From positions 76,610,170-76,674,169 of the forward strand of contig NC_068981.1 of the NCBI RefSeq assembly GCF_001194135.2: a stretch of DNA of 64,000 nucleotides, given 5' to 3'. Positions within the stretch are counted from its first letter, which is position 1, and each line of letters opens with the position of its first letter. Below, in pieces: positions 51,466-64,000 of this stretch. The DNA is from Octopus bimaculoides (taxonomy: Eukaryota). Made by a program: the position numbers and the translations under genes. The notes beneath the pieces were generated by a model. The model ran no database searches. It had not been told where the DNA came from and was given only the letters and a program-made list of their open reading frames with translations.

Positions 51466-52679
51466 ATATGCAATGGTGTAGTATAGTTGATCTTCAGGAA
51501 CTGCTGATAAAATTTTGATGTCAGACTCAATATTTACTTTCTTAGGGATATCTTTTATCTATGTTGCATTCAGAAATTTTCTTTTTTTCTGAAGCTTTAG
51601 GTTCTTATTCATTTGACTGAAACCATCCATCATACGCGTGAGGCATGTTCTCTTAAGGGAATATTACATAAAGTGAACACAGTATACATATTTCTGGTAT
51701 TTTTGATCTTTATAATTTGCATATATGGGAGATAGTTTTATCGATTGAGGCCATGCATTGCTTTCAAACAACGACTATGGAATGTACACGAGCCATGTTT
51801 CTCTCTTTGATAAATGAACGAGTTATCAGTCATATAGTACACTGAACGGTTACACCATAAAGACGTTGATTTAGATATCGATGAACAAAGCTTGGTTCTC
51901 CTGCGTCCACTTCGATAATTGTTCAAAGGTGATAGCTATTTTGTTTGAGCACACATCTGTTACCAGAGACATTTTATCTTGCTAACAATTGATCTAAGAT
52001 TAAACACATTTGTTACGGTAAATAGTGATGTTTTTGTTGTTGTAGGTGTCGTTGCTATTGCTGTTTTATTGCTTGTCTTATCGCATACATTATATTTAAA
52101 TGCTTTCCAGCTGTGACCATCTTATTTTCCCATGTTACCTAATATGGTCTTCTTTCTTTTTTACGAATGTACAGTATAGTGTGAGGAAGAATTAGCTGCT
52201 ACTTCTTGCTTAGCCACGTTTATTATGAAGTGCGAATATATTCTGAATGAGCACCACATTAGGTACTAGTTAGGGAATAAAAAATGAGACGGTTTATGGG
52301 ATCCGTTGGTTAATTAAGTTCTTGATATTATACAATTACCTTTACATTACGAACATCAGGAGTTTATTTCCCGAAGAGTAGATTCGATGTTTTCTCGTTT
52401 GTGCGAAACGGGCGTGAATGTTAAATAAATTCAGAGACGTAAATTTTAGTTATTCATTCATATCAGCAAAACTGGTAATGCGCAATTGGCAAACGAATAC
52501 ACTTAAGTATAACGTCAAATATAAAAAGCGGAATACTATTTATATATGTAGGCTTATGTTAAGTTGGTACAACCACACGCACACAACACAAACACATGCA
52601 CTCGCACTCACAAAAATATATGAACATCATGAAATATTACACACCATCTGCCTACCAACATCAGATCGCAATATGCTGG

Positions 52680-54540
52680 TCCACCCGAAGTGATGGTAGC
52701 AACATGTTCTCATGTTGCACGCTTCTCGATCGAACTCAGAAACATGTGCTTCAACAGCAAAATTCTTAATCATATAACTATATTTAAATGTAATAGTATT
52801 CTGATTGTCTCTGGGAGATATGATCTTATTCTGCTAATGCAGATTTCAAAATTACGGTTAAAGTGTACGCGAAGAGATAGGTGCTTGCAGTCGAAAATGT
52901 GATGCGGGGCAGGGAAATATGTACCACACGAAGCAGATCTATTCGCAACAGCCTTCAGCTCATGTAGTATACCACAGACATGGTAGGGAAAGAACCTAGC
53001 GTGATTGGATCCCCTGAGCTCACCAATCTTTAGCGGCTCTTCTCACGGCGGCTGATTTCAGTTACACCTTTTGCGGTTGGATTGCTGCAATATAGAGTGA
53101 CTTCTTTGTGGCAGTTCAGATGAACTGCTAGAAGCATTCAGTATCATGCGTACGATCGGTCCGTGAATGTTGTTTCCCTTCGTCTCTCCGGTACTTACTG
53201 AATCTAGAGCCACTATTGCTGAAAATGGTGAGGTTAAGCGGTGTCTTGCTCGAACTAAAACATGGGAGAAATCATGTCACCATAAGTAGATGACAGCTCC
53301 GTCATATTATCGGGCACCAGGTAGATAAACCTGATCAGCACTACTCTAGAGGAATACGATGCTGTGACAGAAGCAAAAATCAACCAAGAAAAGTCAGTTA
53401 GCCTGCAGCTCGGTAACTGGAAAGGCAGTTCAATCCCGTCCAGTGTAGCCCGATGGGACATTGGACGGATGGATCTGTTAAATTGCTCGGAATTTAGCTT
53501 AGTTCAGGTCTTCAAATGGAGAAGAACTAGAATAAAGTGATGACCAGAGTGCCTAATCTCAGCCAGAAATTGGCAAAGAGAACGCTACCCCTTAAAGATC
53601 AAACTGAAGTGGTGAAAGCACACATCGCTTTCGTCATATATTACTGCCTAACCATCGTGCTTTGCCTCAGTTCATGTACAACCAGCCTGGGGCGCCTACT
53701 CTTCCGCTTTCTGTAAAACGAATGCGTTCTAAAGGTCCGCTACTTCATTTGTTGTCAACATTTGCTGAGTGAAGTGGATATGCCGTATTTGATGATGCAT
53801 AGACGTACACTGAGGCGTTTCTTTGTTAGTGAGCAGATGTCATTGTTATTTGTCACACTTGCTTTTCCTCAGTTAGTTTCTCTAGCAGAGTTGCAGTCTT
53901 AGATTAACCACAAACCGAAGCAGGGCACCTGGCAACTGGAGTGCCATCAGATGCGCACTACCCTCTGCCAGACTGTTGGCTCAGTCTATTGTGAATATCT
54001 TCCCGTCGCCTTTCTTTGGATAGGAACACAGGTAGTGTTTATCTGTCTTATGGCCTTAGATAAAATGTGGTGGACCAGATTGAAAGGGCTGAAGACTGAA
54101 AACTTCTTCTTTTAGCCATGTCTTTACCGACTTCCTAAATTTTCACTTCGAAAGGAAAGTGAAAGTGTAGAGTTAAATGCTGCTTTCCAGCAAATTTGTT
54201 GAAAGTTGGGTGAATGTCGCAAGGGTGACCCANNNNNNNNNNNNNNNNNNNNNNNNNNNNNNNNNNNNNNNNNNNNNNNNNNNNNNNNNNNNNNNNNNNN
54301 NNNNNNNNNNNNNNNNNNNNGTAGTCAGAATGCCCCTGGACTCGTAAGATTCCCATGGGCAACTTTTGGAATCTTTCGACTTTGGGTATATGTTTTTCTT
54401 ATTACAATATTTTTGTTTCATTGTTTTTATTAATTTAATTTTGTTAATTTAATGTTTACACTCTTCACGTCATCTCATATTGTATTGTATCGCCCTGTAC
54501 CCTTTTAGATCCTTGTGTAATACTTAGAGTTTAATGAAGA
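52680..54540 (+). mobile_element. 5'-truncated, degenerate Tx1/L1-clade LINE (RT domain to 3'UTR)
   Basis: NADFKI..KV.AKR, RSIRNSLQLM, FCGWIAAI, VRECC..YLLNLEPLL, *VDDSSV, YDAVTEAKINQEKS, VKLLGI and C-terminal SKFVESWVNVARV. 5' boundary is approximate. Confidence 0.8.
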
Positions 54541-54549
54541 TATTGTCAC

Positions 54550-54569
54550 CGTCGTCGTCGTCGTCGCTA

Positions 54570-54600
<31 letters not shown>

Positions 54601-54605
54601 CGTCG

Positions 54606-54654
<49 letters not shown>

Positions 54655-54688
54655 AATGATAATAAAAATAATAATAATAATCATCGTC
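54550..54688. repeat. Compound (GTC)n/(ATC)n/(ATA)n trinucleotide tract
   Basis: Directly visible. Confidence 0.95.
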
Positions 54689-54696
54689 AACGTGTT

Positions 54697-54906
54697 GAGC
54701 TGTCAGAAGGATAGAGCGTTGGAAAAAATGTTTTGCAGAATTTCGTCAAGCATTTTAAGTTCTGATTTCAAATCTCGCCTAGGTCAATTTTAACGAGGTC
54801 AACATTATTTTGGGATCAGTCAAATAGAGTACCATTCAAGTGCTGCGTCTGATGTAATCGAATAATCCCCTTCTCTAAAGTTGCTGGTCTTGTACCAAAA
54901 GTAGAA
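54697..54906 (+). mobile_element. Decayed SINE, family A
   Basis: gagctgtcagaag..., gttctgatttcaaatctcgcc, agagtacc...gatgtaatcgaataatcccc...gttgctggtcttgtaccaaaa. Confidence 0.65.
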
Positions 54907-54928
54907 TTATTTTTACTGCTATTGCAGC

Positions 54929-54929
<1 letters not shown>

Positions 54930-54990
<61 letters not shown>

Positions 54991-55056
54991 AGCAGCAGCA
55001 GCAGCAGCAGCAGTAGCAGTAGTAGTAATAGTAGTAGTAGTAGTAGTAGTAGTAGT
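54930..55056. repeat. (AGT)n/(AGC)n trinucleotide tract
   Basis: Directly visible. Confidence 0.95.
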
Positions 55057-55797
55057 ATGCTTATATCCTTTCTATCCCAATTCTGAGTTGACTGCGTCGA
55101 GGCACCTGCCCCACCGTACAAGTAAGCAGCACGAAAGGTTTGTAGAAGCGTGAAAGAAGTTTATAATTCTGGACGCTCTAAAGGTTATACCTGGATTTCT
55201 CTTTCCAGTGTGTGGAGAATTGTTAAACATATTATGGATGATTTGACTACAAGGTTTTCATGGTTAAATTATATGAGACAGTATAATCAGCAATTTGAAA
55301 CAGGGAAACAAACGGCTTTGCGCTTGTTAATTTAATATTTGCTCGTTTATAAGAAGACCGTATTATTATTCTTTTGGTTTATTTCCCTACTGGCATTGGC
55401 AATTCAGACGGACACCAGTTGCTTGTAGTCGCCGTGGCATTATACATATTTTAATAAAACAGTGATTTATGGAAAACAAGCAGTACTCCAACTAAGCATT
55501 ATACCATCACGAAACAAATTGTAAGGTGCAGTTGTGTTTGCAGCAGTGCCTTGTTTAATATAGTGAAATTATTTAAATAGATGGAGCCGATGAAATTTCT
55601 GTGTTTTGCCCTTGGACTCTACATATGAGACGCCGATATATCGCTTATCAAGATGACCAATTCCTGATACAATTTATACATAAAAACATACTCAAATACT
55701 TGCACATACAAGCTCTCACATATACACAAATGACGCAGGCGTGGGTGTGTTCTAACAAGGTAGCCTCCTAAGATATCTTGTCTTTTACTAAAGCCTC

Positions 55798-55831
<34 letters not shown>

Positions 55832-55839
55832 TATATATA

Positions 55840-56627
55840 TTTATTTATTTATTTAATTTGCAAGATTTTTGATGTGAAATCGTGTGCTGAAACAGATGTT
55901 GTTGTATTTGGGGATGGTCATATTGCCAGTTTAGCCAATAAAACACACGCACTGTATATTTGGTGTTAATTTGCTTCAGTTTTATATTACATTACATTAC
56001 ATTAATCCTATATCGGCCAGAGTTCTTTCGTTACACTTCTGTGACCTCATCAGTGGTCCTTTGCTTTCTTCTTTCTTATGTGAGTCCCACCTTGCTAACT
56101 ATCAGCCATTTTGTATTTTGTATTCCTAGTGTATGTGTCTACGCATGTGTATCTCTCTATGTTTGTCTATGTTTTGTAAGTGCATGTGTGTTATGGGGAG
56201 TGCCTGTATTATCTATATCCTCTGTTAATACATGTTCGTTTATTTTTGTTTTTACTTATTTATTTGTTCATGTGTTTATATCTACTTCTTTCTTTTGTGC
56301 TTTTTTTTGTATTTAATTTAATTTTGTTAACGTATGTAGTATTTAATTCCATTTGTTTATCTATGTATTGTATTATATTTTGTTCATATTGTTATCGGTT
56401 TATGAGAAATTTATTGTCATATGGTGTGGTTTGTTGGGGGGGGGGGTAGTGTTCCATTCCAGTTTCCTATTCAGGCTAGGTTTCTCTTCTATTATGTGTG
56501 TAGCTTCTGTAATTTGTCTAAGTGCTGCGTCTGTGTGGACAAGATTTTAATTTCTAAACAAAACACAAAATAAAGAAGTAGGTATAAACACATGAACAAA
56601 TAAATAATTAAAAACAAAAATAAACGA
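55840..56627 (-). mobile_element. 5'-truncated Penelope-like element: GIY-YIG C-terminus, 3' pseudo-LTR with hammerhead, and inverted partial pLTR
   Basis: 56543-56451 translates LVHTDAALRQITEATHIIEEKPSLNRKLEWN (PLE R.I.EA..I....P.LNR..E motif). Hammerhead at 56015-56059. 56236-56305 is repeated inverted at 56556-56627. Confidence 0.8.
56015..56059 (-). ncRNA. Minimal type I hammerhead ribozyme with intact catalytic core
   Basis: GGACCA-CTGATGA-GGTCAC-agaa-GTGTAAC-GAAA-G-aa-CTC/TGGCC. CUGAUGA and GAAA are intact, the cleavage triplet is CUC (cut after 56020), stem I is 4/5 paired, stem II is bulged and stem III has a 2-nt loop. Confidence 0.65.
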
Positions 56628-57252
56628 GCGCTTGTATGTGCAAGTATTTGTGTAAGTGTTTATGTATAAATTGTATCAGGAATTGGTCATCTTGATAAGC
56701 GATATATCGGCGTCTCATATGTAGAGTCCAAGGCCAAAACACAGAAATTTCATCGGCTCCATCTATTTGAATCATTTCACTATATTAAAGAAAGTACTGC
56801 CGCAAACACAACTGCACCTTACAATTTGTTTCATTATGGTATAACGCTTAGTTGAAGTACTGCTTGTTTTCATCGATGAGTTCATGAACCTTGGTTCTTT
56901 TCCCTAAAACTATATATATATATATCTGAGCTTTATAGTGACTCTTGGCTCAATGCAATGCCATCACTCAGCTTAATAGTGAATGCTTGTCCATTGGCGT
57001 TTCCCTTACGCTTGGTCTCCAAATCTGTGAGTCTAATGAATGACGCTGCGGATCCACAGTGGATTCTTTCGGTCCCACCCACTGGCCTACCATCATAATA
57101 CTGGACACCTTGCACGCCATGCCACTCTTAACAAGATCATGAAGCAGGGTCCAGTGCTACTTTGTGCGTGTGTGTGCGCGTGTGTGTGTGTGCTTGCATG
57201 TGTGTGTGTGTACGCGCGCGTGTGTGAGAGAGAGAGCGACTTTCCATCTCTA

Positions 57253-57460
57253 TTTGTCCCCACTACCTCTAGACGACCAATTTTAGCGTCTTTACGTCCC
57301 TGTAACTTTGCGGGTTAGCAAAAAGCGCCGGATAAAATAATTAACTTGCTTAAAAAACACGTATTGCGATCGACTCAGAATTCATTCGACTGAAAATACA
57401 AAACTTCTTCAAGGCGGTGTCCCAGCATGGGTGCAGTCGCATGACTGAAATAAGTTAAAC
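57253..57460 (+). mobile_element. 3' half of a family-B SINE
   Basis: tttacgtccctgtaactttgcgggttagc...cttcttcaaggcggtgtcccagcatgggtgcagtcgcatgactgaaataag. Confidence 0.75.
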
Positions 57461-57464
57461 ATAT

Positions 57465-57631
57465 TGTGGCTGTGTGGTAAGAAGCTTACTTCCCAAACAC
57501 ATGGTTCTGGGTTCAGTCCCACTGCATGCCACATTGGGTAAGTGTCTTCTACTGTAGCCTCGGGCCGACCAAAGCCTTGTGAGTGGATTTGGTGGAAGGA
57601 AACTCAAATAAGCCCGTCGCATAAATATACA

Positions 57632-57664
<33 letters not shown>

Positions 57665-57887
57665 GTATGCATGTTTTTATGTGTGTGTCTCTGTGTCTGT
57701 GTTGTCCCCCGCCACCATCGCTTAACAACCGGTGTTAGTGTGTTAACGTCTTCATAACATAGCGGTTCGCCAAAGAGGCCGATAGAATAAGTACAAGAAT
57801 AAGTCCTGGGGTCGATTTCTTCAACTAAAAAAGGCGGTTCTCCATCATGGCCCCAGTCAATTGACTGAAACAAGTAAAACAATAAAA

Positions 57888-57890
<3 letters not shown>
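57465..57890 (+). mobile_element. Near full-length tRNA-derived SINE, family B, with central (CATA)n/(TG)n
   Basis: A-box-like tggctgtgtgg and B-box-like gggttcagtccc; shares the gatagaataagtac..ctggggtcgat block with family A; ends in (TA)n. Confidence 0.9.

Positions 57891-57964
<74 letters not shown>
57891..57964. repeat. (TA)n microsatellite
   Basis: Directly visible. Confidence 0.97.
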
Positions 57965-57967
<3 letters not shown>

Positions 57968-58985
57968 GTACATATATACATACATGTATGTATACACACA
58001 CACACACACATACACACACACACATACACACACATATACACACACTTATATACACGCATATATACTTACATACATATATAAATACATGCTTCTGAGTACG
58101 TACACCCCGATACTATAAATGTATAGATACACGTATTTATATGTAAGTTGCATGTAAGCGTTTGCACATATACAAGCATATGCACACACACACACACACA
58201 TACACACATATATATTTAATGTTATATATCTATCTTTATACATATATATATATATAAATACATATGTATATATACACACGCGCGTGTGTGTCTGTGCGTA
58301 AAATTCTTGATTAGCTCTTTTAACGTTCGCGGCCAAATTAGAAAAAGAATTTACTTATGTAGCTTCATCTGATTTGATGTTATTTTGCTGAATCTAATTA
58401 GAATCGAAGATAGCAAATGTAAATATATATTTAATTAATATAAATATTGAAGAAAAAATATGTGTATTAGAAATTATTGGAAAGCGAAGAAAAAAAAATT
58501 TTAATTCCCCAAAGTGAACGGTTAATCAAGAATACTTAAATGAATATCTTTCTTGAAATATCTACAAAGATTGCCCGCACATACATGTGCAATTGTGTGT
58601 GTGTGTGTTTTTGAGCGTGTGTGCGTGCGTATATATAAAAACAAATAGTAAATGAGTATATGCATATATACGTACAGGTATGTGCATACCGACATCCACC
58701 TGTATGTATAGGTGCATATCTGGGTACAGGACGTTGCAAACAAACGTAGACGAGAAAACACACGAGCCACATAGAGAACATTCTACTTCATCAGCTACCC
58801 ACGTTTTAACACCGGCGTTTCGACGAGCTTCGGGCAGGACGCATCGTTAAAACGGCTCATCCCATGGACCGCAGATTAAATTTGTATACGCAAATTAAAT
58901 CTACCGATGGAGGAATGTAGTGGCGGACAAAAAACAAGACAGGAAAGCAAACAGAAAAGGCTTTACGGCCAAACGAGAAAATAAA

Positions 58986-59016
<31 letters not shown>

Positions 59017-59018
<2 letters not shown>

Positions 59019-59712
59019 GGGTGTTCGGGTTAAACTTGGTTACATTTTAGGTCTCTTTGTTCAGGTACAGCTTGATATATTGAGGAACAGCCAAGGGCGT
59101 TGGAGAGCAGGAATATTAGAGTAGTAGTTGGAAAACTGTTTCCTAACATGGGAGAATTGAAACCTTTGTATATTGGGAAAGAGTTATTTGTATTGTAATG
59201 ATTCGCACCAATACCAAAATGCCGACGTCGGGACTGCTGTTAAATGCTCCGTGTACACTGTAAAGGCTTTAAGACGTGACACGGACAGCTGCAATGGAGA
59301 ATGTGCTCCTTGAAACCCAAATGTCTCAGAAGTGTTGTCGGAGTATTTCTGTGACCAGCCCCAATATCTAGACTTCTAATTCTCTAGATTGTAATACCAT
59401 GGATTACTCTGTGTGGGGCGCGTTTGAGATAGATCGCTCTGCCTGTAACACCAAAGCCGAGCTATTAACCAAGAATAAGGAGGTGTTTGAAGATCTTCCC
59501 AGAGACAGCAACGAATGCATGCGCCAGGTTCCGAAGTTGTCTCGAAGCCGTGATGGAAGCTAAGAGCCGCTGCTTTGAGTAAACTGTTATCTCCCAGCCA
59601 TAATTTAGATGATAGTGCTTTTGTTTTTTTAAAAACACTTTTACGCTTGTTCCACATATTGTATTTTCTTTAATCTTTTATGCAAACTGTCGAATTTATC
59701 CCGAACACGCTG
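59017..59712 (+). mobile_element. Internally deleted Tc1/mariner element with both TIRs
   Basis: Left TA|TAGGGTGTTCGGGTTAAA; right end read on the minus strand CAGCGTGTTCGGGATAAA. Transposase C-terminus DCNTMDYSVWGAFE...CNTKAELL..KEVFEDLPRD. Confidence 0.85.
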
Positions 59713-60329
59713 TTTACACAAACTAACACACATACACACTCATATGCACATATACACACACATATGCACAAAAACATGTTCGTATTAAAACGAACAGGCA
59801 TATGTATATAAAGATACATGTACATTCACGCAATCTCGCAAGTGTCCATACACACATACGCATATATAATTTATATAATATATCCATATCCATACACCTA
59901 CTTGATGCAGGCATTCATATATATATATATATACATATATATATATNNNNNNNNNNNNNNNNNNNNNNNNNNNNNNNNNNNNNNNNNNNNNNNNNNNNNN
60001 NNNNNNNNNNNNNNNNNNNNNNNNNNNNNNNNNNNNNNNNTAAATATGAATACGACTAGAAATATTACTTGCTTTAAATCACATTAGTAACCCTTCAAAA
60101 TTCCTTTTTAAGCTAATAATGGAAAACTTCACACCACATGATAGACGTTAATAGATTTTAAACAGAAATGCAACTTTCTTACTCTCTCATTCTTAACTCC
60201 TCTCAACCCATCACGCTTCTATGCTGTTGTAGTATTTTTCATATTGAATTAAGCAAATACTCAGCATCAACTTAAAACGGTAACAACTCGAATACATGAC
60301 CAGTGAATTCCACTTACCAGAAAAAATGC

Positions 60330-60640
60330 ATACTTCACAAATGCTCCGTTTATATCCTGAAATCATTCAAAGCAAACATTGGCTTGGCTACTAATTCCTT
60401 TAAGATGAACTACTACAATCACAGCCACATGTTGTGAAAGTTAGATAAAATAAATTACACGACCTTATTAAATGATATATGAGGTATGAAAACAAGATGT
60501 ATACATTTTGAGAGGTATTGGCAAGGCTGACTCTGTTTTGGCATCAACAACCCGTAGAACATACATTGGAGCTAAAGCATAAAAATACTTCGGTAAAACA
60601 TGACACCAAACGTCAATAATTCTCCGAAAGAACTATTCTT
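60330..60640 (+). mobile_element. Possible very old PLE remnant
   Basis: YFTNAPF / KANIG (from WFNPPF..KTNIG) and RTYIG. Confidence 0.35.
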
Positions 60641-61199
60641 CATATATAAGGCACTGAAATTTTATTGAGTGTTTAGACTATTAAATAACCCACCAAATGT
60701 AAAACTGCCAAAGATATAGTATTTTCTTCCTATGAGGACGACGTTATATGACAGTAAACAAGGAACCATTTAAACGCTTCCTCACGACGTGTAGATCATC
60801 ATTTGTTTAAATCATTCGGCAGCGCAACAATAATTTTCGCATGTAAATCATTAAAAAGACAGACCCTTATTTACAAGGTTCAACCTGCTGGTTTGTGTTA
60901 ATGGATGAGTTTGTATAATTTTGCTTATGTATTTGTGTGTATCAATATAAGTTCAGATGTGGAAATAATAATGCACGTACGTGTCTCTCTATATAGGAAC
61001 GTCTGTATTTATTTACATAAATGTACATATATAGACAGCCATAAGTAGGATCTCATTCTAGTCTACATAATGGTATGAATTATGAGATTGTATACATATG
61101 TGAATAGATTTTAAAATAGGGTTCAACCAAACACACACGCATACACTGCTCACAAACACATATGTATGCATATATGTTATAGATAGATAAACATACGTG

Positions 61200-61200
<1 letters not shown>

Positions 61201-61262
<62 letters not shown>
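61201..61262. repeat. (AGAT)n microsatellite
   Basis: Directly visible. Confidence 0.97.
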
Positions 61263-61263
<1 letters not shown>

Positions 61264-62099
61264 CAGACAGACATATCTATGTATATTTGTACGCTCATAC
61301 ATGCTTGCATGCATACATATATTATATTATATGTGATATAACATGGATAAGTAAGGAATTAGATGAATGCTAACTTTGTTTCCATACGGGTATATGCAAT
61401 TATGCTACTATTCATATAACAATACAGACGTGCTAATATGCGTATTTGCAAAAAATTGTATACACATTTGTGGATGTGTAGGTGCTGTGTAATTTTGTAC
61501 ATATATATATTTATGCGTTTTATTATGGCTGTATATTTCCACATAAAAGTTTATACGTACACACACACACATAACAACGAATATGTGTGCGTTTGAGTAG
61601 ATAGATAGATAGATTGAGGTGGACCCTCCATATATTGTTTTATATCAGAGTGATCTCGTAACTTTGAACTTAGAACTTAATATCAGAAATTCATGTCTAA
61701 TCCATGTCAAATTCAAGCAAAGACTCACGCACATATAACGTAATATATGGATTTAAAAAATTCCACTATTTGTGTACTTACTATGTCATATCTTCACTCC
61801 CAAGTAATTTTTCATCTGTTTTTGTTAAATATATTTTATGCAATGTTAGAAATCCCAAATGATGTCACTCATCCGTTTTTTTTTTCGCTTCTTAAAAATT
61901 GTTTAAAAGTGCAAAATCCTATTTAGTGTCCAAGGCGTATGGATAACAAACGAGCCAGTTCCTAGTAATACCTAGGCTGCATTGGGATTTCCAATACTAT
62001 AGATGAATCTTGTGAGACGGGAATATCAACTGAATTTAATTTTCAATACTGACTAATTGAGATGATTTGGAAGCATTTACCTTCTAAACAGTTATATTT

Positions 62100-62700
62100 C
62101 ACGCAGAAAATGTTATTATACAATACATAAAAATATCGTCTTCCATTCTTGTTAGCTACAAATGTAAACGATGACCTGAAACCTAAGCAGATACACAAAG
62201 AGCATGAAAAGTCAACTCAAAATCTAGGCTGCCTGAGTTGTGAAAATCAAACGGAAAAATTTGGGTTAAATAGGATTTGTTTATTGAATGGTCCCTTGAA
62301 CATTTTTGCCCAAGTGTTAAATATTACTGTAGGGTGATTAATTTCAAGCGTAAGTTATTTCTGCTTTTGGACAATTCCCTTCGTCATCCTTGAAATTCAT
62401 TACAAATATGTATACCTTTTGAAGTCGTTTTCAATCCACCAAGCACAATTTCATCAACAGCCAATGGATCCGGAAGGTATTTCCGTTTTCATGACATATT
62501 ACTTTAGAAGAACTTTAAATGAGCTTATCACAGCAAGTAATATTAAACATGAGTCAGTTAAATAATTCTGGAAGAATTACATGCAAATATATTGAAATCA
62601 CATGCAAAGGAATCAAACATATATGCCTTATTGAACTTTGGAAAAAAATTCTGTCCAAATGTTGTTAAAGAAACTTACAGGCTATAGTATGAAATTGACT
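62100..62700 (+). mobile_element. pogo/Tigger (DDE_1, CENP-B-like) transposase remnant
   Basis: NVNDDLKPKQIH, KSNGK..WV..DLF.EW, FLLLDNSLRHP, EVVFNPPST..QPMDPEGI..F.TYYFRRTL and LWKK..CP. Confidence 0.75.
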
Positions 62701-63930
62701 CAGGCAGAAATCGTCTTGTACAAATAACAGAAGGTATTTCAAGAATTTTAAACGGGTGATAATTAAGAATTATTATCTGCTTTAAGGAGACATTCGCTTT
62801 GAAAGGCCTTAAGAAGTCAGAAAGTGTCTAGTTGAGATAGTGAAGAACAGGCTTCTCCAAAACCAAAATTAGCAACAGAGATTTATAGATATATTTAAAA
62901 GCCTTGATGGAATAAATTGTGCTTTAAAGCTACTCTGAAAAGTCTTCCCAAATTTTGGATGATGTATAGGATGGTTATTGACTTTAGTAGTACCATTGAG
63001 TAATTATAGGGGAAAATTAGATGTCTTATGAATGCAAGATTTGCATACATTGACCACTTTTTATGCGAGATTTACATACATTGACATAACAAGCGGAGCA
63101 ATATTTTTGATCATTCTTTTTCACGTGCTGCAAAAGTGTATACATATTTCATTGAGTTAAATGTGGTTTTCATCAAAGGATATTTTTTATGACTGGGGGC
63201 ATTGTATTTTCAATAAATATATAAATTCACTTCAATAACCAAAAGAAATTATATGTTTTAAGAATTTTGTGAGAGGGAAATAAAGTGGGGAGCATATTAA
63301 GTTGGTTTGGTTAATCGATGCATCCATACATACTTATATGCATATGTATGTATATGTACATACACATGTATATGTGTGTATGTTTATATATGTATGTGCG
63401 TGCGTGTTGTGCGTGTTGTGCGTGTGTAGGTGTGTGTGTGTAGGTGTGTGTGTGTGCGGGTGCGTGTGTATGTGTTTGCGTGTGAGTAACCGGAAGAAAA
63501 ACAACTCTGTTCGTAAATGTTTTTATTATTTGACTTAGAATCTTATTAAGTAGGATTTTGCAGGAAAGGAAACATTCCTTGTCATTCAGTTGCCCTCATG
63601 TGCGTAAGACCGGTTGCTACCAGACGTTATTACCTCATTCTTGTTGACTAGTACAGATCACGATGGTGAGTTGGGAGTTGTCGATAGGTGTTGAAATAAG
63701 AATATCATGCGGGTCTTGTATAAAGAAAAGCAATCGGTTGTTAAGTTATGCAAAATAAACATATGGGAATCAGTATTAGAAAGTCAACAGTTTAAAACTA
63801 ACTTCTTCACAGCAGACGTCACACTTATGTGATTCAATAATTGTACTGCTAACCACTAGCAACATTCATTAGTAACACTAACCAATATGCATACATGGAG
63901 TCATACATAATGCACACACATACACTTACA

Positions 63931-64000
<70 letters not shown>

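Larger units (their letters stand above)
55472..56871. repeat. 246-bp inverted repeat (55472-55717 / 56626-56871)
   Basis: Arms align along their full length, e.g. gatggagccgatgaaatttctgtgttttg and caaaacacagaaatttcatcggctccatc; roughly 90% identical by eye. Confidence 0.92.

Noticed and set aside
58740-58985. Fourth hammerhead in a GC-richer repeat-like block (CGAAACG, CTGATGA and gttttaac/gttaaaac inverted repeat present)
   Set aside because: The core elements cannot be arranged into type I, II or III topology with paired stems; left as an unclassified repeat with small hairpins.

Overview
AT-rich, gap-riddled eukaryotic scaffold, probably intronic or intergenic. The repeat families and microsatellite density resemble an octopod cephalopod genome; this is inference from recall, not a database result. 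I found no intact host gene, rRNA, functional tRNA or CRISPR array. Most long ORF-track entries are artefacts of N-gaps and (CA)n/(TA)n tracts. The window is a mosaic of mobile-element relics: two tRNA-derived SINE families, Tx1/L1-clade, CR1-like and R4/Dong-like LINE fragments, Tc1/mariner and pogo/Tigger remnants, MITEs, a fold-back element, a clean 1.7-kb non-autonomous Helitron and several Penelope-like element (PLE) remnants. Main signals: (1) three different repeat families each carry a minimal hammerhead-ribozyme fold on the minus strand (14.15, 31.07 and 56.02 kb, plus a half copy at 5.62 kb). One is fused to a tRNA-type Pol III head with A and B boxes, suggesting a SINE/retrozyme hybrid. 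(2) A 5'-intact Tx1 LINE sits inside the tRNA-derived head of a SINE. (3) There are many long inverted repeats that could form dsRNA. (4) A GC-rich 62-bp hairpin minisatellite abuts a duplicated MITE-like element.
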